Below, piece by piece: positions 58,391 to 64,000 of a stretch of DNA of 64,000 nucleotides. The stretch spans positions 7,037 to 71,036 of the forward strand of contig WRMF01000007.1 in NCBI GenBank assembly GCA_009777245.1, written 5' to 3'. The stretch is from Betaproteobacteria bacterium (GTDB lineage: Bacteria > Pseudomonadota > Gammaproteobacteria > Burkholderiales > Rhodocyclaceae). The translations under genes and the position numbers were made by a program. The notes beneath the pieces are model-generated. The model was not told the DNA's origin. It saw only the letters and a program-made list of their open reading frames with translations, and did no database searches. Positions within the stretch are counted from its first letter, which is position 1, and each line of letters begins with the position of its first letter.

Positions 58391-60415
58391 ATGAGCGTCC
58401 TTCATCCCCCCAAATCTATTTTCTCTTACCGGAAATTCTGGGCTTATCGTTTTGGCGTTGCGCCGTTCCTGCCCATGTCCCGCGCCGAGATGGAAGATAT
58501 GGGCTGGGATTCCTGCGACGTTATCCTGATTACCGGCGACGCGTATGTGGATCATCCGAGTTTCGGTATGGCGTTGATAGGGCGATTGCTGGAAGCGCAA
58601 GGTTTTCGGGTTGGCATCATCAGCCAGCCGGATTGGCGTTCGGTTGAGGATTTCCGACGGTTGGGTCGTCCCAATCTCTATTTCGGCGTGACTGCCGGAA
58701 ATATGGATTCGATGGTCAATCACTACACTTCCGAGCGCAAGATTCGCTCGGACGACGCCTATACGCCGGGCGGTATGGCAGGGCGGCGACCGGACAGAGC
58801 CGCCACGGTATACGCACAGCGGGCGAAGGAAGCCTATCCCGCACCGGTGGTGCTGGGCTCAATCGAGGCAAGCCTGCGGCGGCTTGCCCATTACGATTAT
58901 TGGAGCGATAGCGCGCGTCGCTCAATCCTCATTGACTCCAAGGCGGACTTACTGATTTACGGGAACGCCGAGCGGGCGTTGGTTGAACTCACCCATCGCA
59001 TGGCGGGCGGCGAATCAATTCGGGATATTCGGGACTTGCGCGGCACCGCGTTTGTGGTAGTGGAAGGCTGGAAGCCGGATGCCGATTGGCAGGAATCAGA
59101 CCAAAGCCGTCTGGAAGGCGAAGACGGCAGGCATCCAACACGCCTTGCCGCAAAGTCGGAAGAGCGCCGGAAAACCGTGCTTCGTCTTCCTTCTTTCGAG
59201 GCGATAAAAAAATCGCCCATCCTCTATGCCCATGCCTCTCGTATCATCCATCTGGAATCCAATCCGGGCAATGCCAGAGCCTTGGCACAGGCGCATGGGG
59301 GACGCGACGTGTGGGTCAATCCACCGCCGCTGCCGCTCACCACGCCGGAATTGGACGGCGTATATGAATTGCCTTACGCTCGCGCGCCGCATCCCGCTTA
59401 TGGCGCGGCGAAAATTCCCGCCTGGGAGATGATCCGCTTTTCCGTGAATATCATGCGCGGCTGCTTTGGCGGCTGCGCCTTTTGTTCGCTCACCGAGCAT
59501 GAAGGGCGCATTATACAGAGCCGCTCGGAGGCTTCCGTGCTGCGGGAGATAGAAGCAGTCCGCGACAAGACTCCGGGCTTTACCGGCATCATCTCCGATC
59601 TGGGCGGGCCGACAGCCAACATGTATCGGCTTGCCTGCAGGGACAAGGCTATTGAAGCGGCCTGTCGGCGTTTTTCCTGCATCTATCCCGACATCTGCAA
59701 ACGGCTGGATACCAACCATGCGCCGCTGATTTCGCTTTATCGGAACGCTCGCGCCATTCCCCGTGTCAAAAAGGTTTTGATAGGCTCCGGCGTGCGCTAC
59801 GATTTGGCGATCCGCTCGCCGGAATATGTGCGGGAATTGGTCACGCATCATGTCGGCGGCTATCTCAAAATCGCGCCCGAACATACGGAAAGCTGCCCCC
59901 TTGCCAAAATGATGAAGCCGGGGATGGAATGCTATGAGCGTTTTTCACGTCTCTTTATGCAATTCTCGCAGGCGGCGGGCAAGGAACAATATCTGATTCC
60001 CTACTTTATCGCCGCGCATCCCGGCACGAGCGACGAAGACATGCTGAATCTCGCGCTCTGGCTGAAGACCAACCGCTTTCGTCCCGAACAGGTGCAAACC
60101 TTTCTCCCGACGCCGATGGCGCTTGCCACCGCCATGTGGCACAGCGGCAAAAATCCTTTGAAGCCGGTGACAAAGACCAGCGAAAGCATGGAAGTTGTCC
60201 GGGCAGGCAAGCAGCGCAAATTACAAAAGGCTTTTTTGCGCTACCACGATCCCGCGAATTGGCCGCTTTTGCGTGAAGCCTTGAAGAATATGGGACGCGC
60301 CGACCTTATCGGCAACGGCAAACGGCATCTGATCCCGACATTTCAGCCGTCGGGAGAAGGCGTTAAAATCCGCGAAACCCGACCCGCCGCAAGAAAGAAA
60401 ACTACGCGCCGGTAA
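58391..60415 (+). CDS. ygiQ: YgiQ-family radical SAM protein (UPF0313)
   Basis: I chose MSVLHPPKS (58391) as the start because the track start at 58337 lies only about 10 nt downstream of the rnpB 3' end. N-terminal YgiQ pattern [34 protein letters not shown], and radical-SAM Cys motif CFGGCAFCS. Confidence 0.9.
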   Translation: MSVLHPPKSIFSYRKFWAYRFGVAPFLPMSRAEMEDMGWDSCDVILITGDAYVDHPSFGMALIGRLLEAQGFRVGIISQPDWRSVEDFRRLGRPNLYFGVTAGNMDSMVNHYTSERKIRSDDAYTPGGMAGRRPDRAATVYAQRAKEAYPAPVVLGSIEASLRRLAHYDYWSDSARRSILIDSKADLLIYGNAERALVELTHRMAGGESIRDIRDLRGTAFVVVEGWKPDADWQESDQSRLEGEDGRHPTRLAAKSEERRKTVLRLPSFEAIKKSPILYAHASRIIHLESNPGNARALAQAHGGRDVWVNPPPLPLTTPELDGVYELPYARAPHPAYGAAKIPAWEMIRFSVNIMRGCFGGCAFCSLTEHEGRIIQSRSEASVLREIEAVRDKTPGFTGIISDLGGPTANMYRLACRDKAIEAACRRFSCIYPDICKRLDTNHAPLISLYRNARAIPRVKKVLIGSGVRYDLAIRSPEYVRELVTHHVGGYLKIAPEHTESCPLAKMMKPGMECYERFSRLFMQFSQAAGKEQYLIPYFIAAHPGTSDEDMLNLALWLKTNRFRPEQVQTFLPTPMALATAMWHSGKNPLKPVTKTSESMEVVRAGKQRKLQKAFLRYHDPANWPLLREALKNMGRADLIGNGKRHLIPTFQPSGEGVKIRETRPAARKKTTRR

Positions 60416-60465
60416 AATGCAAAAAAGCACGAAGGCATGATTTGCGGGAGAGACAAAATACCACA

Positions 60466-60601
60466 ACGCATCCCCTCTCCCGCAAGCGGCGTAGGGGTTA
60501 AAAAATTTTAACCCCTACAGCGGTGTGGTTACCCTCCTCTGATAGTAACGTTGCTTGCGGAAATAACTATATCCGCCCCGACGGAAAAAGCCCAATTTTG
60601 A
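60466..60601 (+). repeat. Mosaic intergenic repeat with 24-nt palindrome (copy 3)
   Basis: cccctctcccgcaagcggcgt-aggggttaaaaaattttaacccct-acagcggtgtggttaccc...gatagtaacgttgcttgcggaaataactatatccgccccgacggaaaaagcccaattttga. The palindrome is at 60493-60516. Confidence 0.85.
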
Positions 60602-60712
60602 TTGTCCAGGCAGTCACCAAGCTACTGTCCGGAACATAGCCATGCCCGCAAATAATCGCACTTTTCGCAGAGCGCACAGGAGGGAGAGCCTTGCCCCAGC
60701 GACCAATCACCC

Positions 60713-60853
60713 GTCATTACCGCGAAGGCGGGAATCCGGACAAGCCTTTCCGTTCCTCTGGCGTTTCCATATGGGAATGCCGCTCCTATCCTGTTCTGGA
60801 AAAATGCCATGGCTGTCAACTCCGTACCGGATTCCCGCCTTCGCGGGAATGAC
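60713..60853. repeat. Inverted pair of REP hairpin units (MITE-like 141-bp unit)
   Basis: gtcattaccgcgaaggcgggaatcc (60713-60737) and ggattcccgccttcgcgggaatgac (60829-60853), separated by 91 nt. Same family as 6722-6844. Confidence 0.8.
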
Positions 60854-61104
60854 GAATTAATTGGTGTACGCGCAGAAATGAATACTGCGGTTGTTGGAAG
60901 GTAAAATGTTGGGGTGCGCTCTGCTCACCTACCGAACCACCACACTCCTCTTGACGTTGAGATTATTGGCAGCAGGCTGTACGACTTTATCGCACAGCGT
61001 CTAGTGGACATGCGCGCTGCCCCGAAACCTGCCCGCCCAAATTCCCCGTCTATCCTGTATAATTGAATGTTTTTCATAATCAAACCCTGCCGCCGCTCCG
61101 CCTC

Positions 61105-62895
61105 ATGAAGCATATCCGCAACTTTTCCATCATCGCGCACATTGACCACGGCAAATCCACTCTGGCCGACCGCCTGATCCACTACTGCGGCGGCCTGTCC
61201 GACCGCGAAATGGAAGCGCAGGTGCTCGACTCGATGGACATCGAGCGCGAACGCGGAATCACAATCAAGGCGCAGACGGCCGCCTTGAACTACCGCGCCA
61301 AAAACGGCGACAACTATCTCCTGAACCTGATTGACACGCCGGGACACGTTGATTTTTCCTACGAAGTCTCCCGTTCGCTCTCGGCCTGCGAAGGCGCGTT
61401 ACTGGTGGTCGACGCATCCCAGGGAGTAGAAGCGCAGACTGTGGCAAATTGCTACACCGCAATCGAACTGGATGTCGAAGTGCTCCCCGTCCTGAACAAG
61501 ATTGACCTTCCCGCCGCCGACCCGGATAGCGCCCGCGCCGAAATCGAGGATGTAATCGGCATTGACGCCTCGGAAGCGATACTTGCCTCCGCAAAAACCG
61601 GCCTGGGCGTGGAGGAAATTCTGGAAGCCGTCATTGCCCGCATCCCCCCCCCCGTGGGCAATCCTGCCGCGCCCCTGAAGGCGCTTATCATAGACTCATG
61701 GTTCGATAACTACGTTGGCGTGGTAATGCTTGTCAAGGTGGTAGACGGCGAGCTACGCCCCAAAGACAGGCTATGCCTCATGTCCAACGGCAAGGAATAT
61801 CTCTGCGAACAAGTAGGTGTATTCACGCCTAAATCCGTTTCCAAAGACGCTCTGGCCGCCGGAGAAGTAGGATTCGTCATCTCCAATATCAAGGAACTGG
61901 ATTCCGCCAAGGTAGGAGATACCATCACCCTGGCAAGCCGTCCGGCGACAGCGCCGCTGCCCGGATTCAAGGAAATCAAGCCGCAGGTTTTCGCCGGACT
62001 CTATCCGGTGGAAGCCAACCAGTACGACCAGTTGCGCGAATCGCTGGAAAAACTGAAACTGAACGACGCCGCCCTGCACTATGAGCCGGAAGTATCGCAG
62101 GCGCTGGGATTTGGCTTTCGCTGCGGATTCTTGGGACTCCTGCACATGGAAATAGTGCAGGAACGGCTGGAACGCGAATTCGGGCAGGATTTGATCACCA
62201 CCGCGCCTACTGTGGTCTATGAAGTCAAACTTCGGGATCAGACAATGCTGCGGGTGGAAAATCCATCCCGTCTGCCGGAAATTCAGAAAATCGAGGAAAT
62301 CCGGGAACCAATCATCACCGCGACCATCTTCGTGCCGCAGGATTATCTTGGAGGCGTAATCACCCTATGCAACCAGAAGCGCGGCAGTCAGGCAGACCTG
62401 CATTACCACGGACGGCAGGTGAAAGTCGTCTATGACATTCCGATGGCGGAAGTGGTCATGGATTTTTTCGACCGCCTGAAATCCATTTCACGCGGCTATG
62501 CTTCGCTCGACTACGATTTCAAGGAATATCGCGCCGCCGATGTGGTGAAGCTCGACATTCTCATCAACGGAGAGCGGGTTGACGCCCTGTCTCTTATCGT
62601 GCACCGTTCCACCTCGCAATACCGGGGGCGGGAATTGGCTGTGAAAATGCGTACTCTGATCCCCAGGCAAATGTACGATGTCGCCATTCAGTCCGCCATC
62701 GGCTCCCACATTCTGGCGCGAGAAAACGTCAAGGCGCTAAGAAAAGACGTGCTCGCAAAATGCTATGGCGGCGACATCACCCGCAAGAAAAAATTGCTGG
62801 AAAAACAAAAGGCCGGCAAAAAACGAATGAAACAGGTCGGCAGCGTGGAAATCCCCCAGGAAGCCTTCCTCGCCGTCCTGCGCGTTGATAATTAA
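61105..62895 (+). CDS. lepA: Translation elongation factor 4 (LepA)
   Basis: I chose [23 protein letters not shown] (61105) as the start. GTPase motifs DTPGHVDF and NKID, and the LepA-specific C-terminal domain. Confidence 0.97.
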   Translation: MKHIRNFSIIAHIDHGKSTLADRLIHYCGGLSDREMEAQVLDSMDIERERGITIKAQTAALNYRAKNGDNYLLNLIDTPGHVDFSYEVSRSLSACEGALLVVDASQGVEAQTVANCYTAIELDVEVLPVLNKIDLPAADPDSARAEIEDVIGIDASEAILASAKTGLGVEEILEAVIARIPPPVGNPAAPLKALIIDSWFDNYVGVVMLVKVVDGELRPKDRLCLMSNGKEYLCEQVGVFTPKSVSKDALAAGEVGFVISNIKELDSAKVGDTITLASRPATAPLPGFKEIKPQVFAGLYPVEANQYDQLRESLEKLKLNDAALHYEPEVSQALGFGFRCGFLGLLHMEIVQERLEREFGQDLITTAPTVVYEVKLRDQTMLRVENPSRLPEIQKIEEIREPIITATIFVPQDYLGGVITLCNQKRGSQADLHYHGRQVKVVYDIPMAEVVMDFFDRLKSISRGYASLDYDFKEYRAADVVKLDILINGERVDALSLIVHRSTSQYRGRELAVKMRTLIPRQMYDVAIQSAIGSHILARENVKALRKDVLAKCYGGDITRKKKLLEKQKAGKKRMKQVGSVEIPQEAFLAVLRVDN

Positions 62896-62911
62896 CACTG
62901 AAGATCGCGAC

Positions 62912-63712
62912 ATGAATTTCGCCCTCTTTCTCTTTATTCTGGTAATCATAACCGGCGCAGCCTGGGCGTTAAATGCGTTCTGGCTGAAAAAGAAACGCGC
63001 TGACGGCGCGCCCAATCCTTGGTGGGTAGAAAATGGAGCAAGTCTGTTCCCGATTTTTCTCATCATTTTTCTGCTGCGCTCCTTCGTCGCGGAGCCGTTT
63101 CGCATCCCGTCCGATTCCATGATGCCGACCCTCCTTGACGGAGATTTCATTCTGGTCAATAAATACATCTACGGTATACGCCTGCCCCTGCTTGATGTTA
63201 AAATAGCAGAGATAGGCAAACCTGAACGTGGAGATGTCATGGTATTTCGTTATCCGGTGAGTCCTGATGAAAATTACATCAAGCGGGTCGTCGGCCTGCC
63301 CGGCGATACTGTGGCCTATCAGGACAAGCAGCTTTTCATCAACGGCGAGGCAGCGCCGCTCGCCCGTGAGGAAAATTACCTGCACGCCGGACGCTTGCAG
63401 TATTCAATGCAATTCCAGGAAACTCTGGGCACGGCAAACCACAGGATTCTTAACGACGAATATATGCCTGCCTACGTCTCCGACCCCGGCAATTTCCCCG
63501 GCAGAGAGTACTGCCAATACAACACTACAGGAATTATTTGCGACGTGCCCGCCGGACATTATTTCGTCATGGGTGATAACAGGGATAATAGCCGTGACAG
63601 CCGCTTCTGGGGATTCGTCCCGGAAGAGAACATTGTCGGCAAAGCCTTTTTCATCTGGTTCAACTTTACCTGGCCGAAGCCCGACCTTGGGCGAATCGGC
63701 GCTTTCAACTAA
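62912..63712 (+). CDS. lepB: Signal peptidase I
   Basis: I chose MNFALFLFILV (62912) as the start. Catalytic Ser box IPSDSMMPTL, Lys box YIKRVVGLPGD, and GDNRDNSRDSRFWGFV. Confidence 0.93.
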   Translation: MNFALFLFILVIITGAAWALNAFWLKKKRADGAPNPWWVENGASLFPIFLIIFLLRSFVAEPFRIPSDSMMPTLLDGDFILVNKYIYGIRLPLLDVKIAEIGKPERGDVMVFRYPVSPDENYIKRVVGLPGDTVAYQDKQLFINGEAAPLAREENYLHAGRLQYSMQFQETLGTANHRILNDEYMPAYVSDPGNFPGREYCQYNTTGIICDVPAGHYFVMGDNRDNSRDSRFWGFVPEENIVGKAFFIWFNFTWPKPDLGRIGAFN

Positions 63713-63726
63713 AAGGAGTAGTCATC

Positions 63727-64000
63727 ATGCACAAACAACGTGGTTCTATGTGGGTCTTCATTTCGTGGCTCATCATCGGTTTGACTCTGGTCTGGCTTGG
63801 CTACCAAACCGTACCCGCTTACCTTGAGTACCGCGCCATCTTGAAAACGGCACGAACCATCACTCTGGATTCCCAGGGCAATTCTGGAGCGCCTGAGTTT
63901 TCCGACAGCTCAATCCGCGACCGTTTTCGAAAACAGGCTGACACCGGTTACTTTACCACGCCGGAAAGCCTCAAAATCTCCAGGGGAGGCGGGCAAGTTG
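63727..64000 (+). CDS. DUF4845-like small membrane protein (3' end outside the window)
   Basis: MHKQRGSMWVFISWLIIGLTLVWLGYQTVPAYLEYRAILKT... It occupies the usual position between lepB and rnc in Betaproteobacteria, from memory. The frame is open to the window end. Confidence 0.6.
   Translation, partial: MHKQRGSMWVFISWLIIGLTLVWLGYQTVPAYLEYRAILKTARTITLDSQGNSGAPEFSDSSIRDRFRKQADTGYFTTPESLKISRGGGQV

Noticed and set aside
61638-61650. C10 homopolymer (atccccccccccgtg) inside lepA as a possible slipped-strand phase-variation site
   Set aside because: It encodes the conserved IPPP(V/E)G segment of LepA and the frame is intact. Phase variation of an essential-type translation factor is implausible.

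Overview
All calls are from reading the sequence and ORF track by eye; no searches were run. The segment looks betaproteobacterial, based on ilvI-ilvH-ilvC-psd-pssA, lepA-lepB-DUF4845 and PP0621-pilS-pilR synteny. Spot counts of single lines give mid-50s %GC. Housekeeping blocks are metG-dnaE, an HDOD protein, nth, ilvIHC-psd-pssA, acnB, fliKLMN, uvrD, pilSR, RNase P RNA, ygiQ and lepA-lepB. Accessory DNA interrupts them between about 20.6 and 51.3 kb, in four parts. (1) An IS5-family transposase relic. (2) The non-elongation half of an aryl-polyene (APE)-like type II PKS/lipid cluster: CLF-like protein, PlsC-like acyltransferase, two ACPs, a membrane protein, a tandemly duplicated AMP-ligase::hot-dog fusion, GT2, LpxL-like acyltransferase, thioesterase, LolA-like protein and MMPL exporter. 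No KS/KR/DH genes are present. (3) A lower-GC defence island joined to the MMPL gene by only a 9-nt spacer. It holds a translationally coupled trio: an HKD(PLD)-SNF2 nuclease/helicase, an Eco57I-family N6-adenine methyltransferase and a DprA/SLOG-like protein. An MmeI-family type IIL enzyme follows. The trio is my best candidate for an undescribed restriction-like system. (4) A tightly overlapped four-gene sensory operon: two paralogous Cache-GAF sensors (one with HPt), a DAG-kinase-fold protein with a GGNG variant motif, and a hybrid histidine kinase. A mosaic family of intergenic repeats, including a 24-nt perfect palindrome and REP hairpins, sits at nearly every junction between gene blocks. 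I saw no tRNA, rRNA or CRISPR array.
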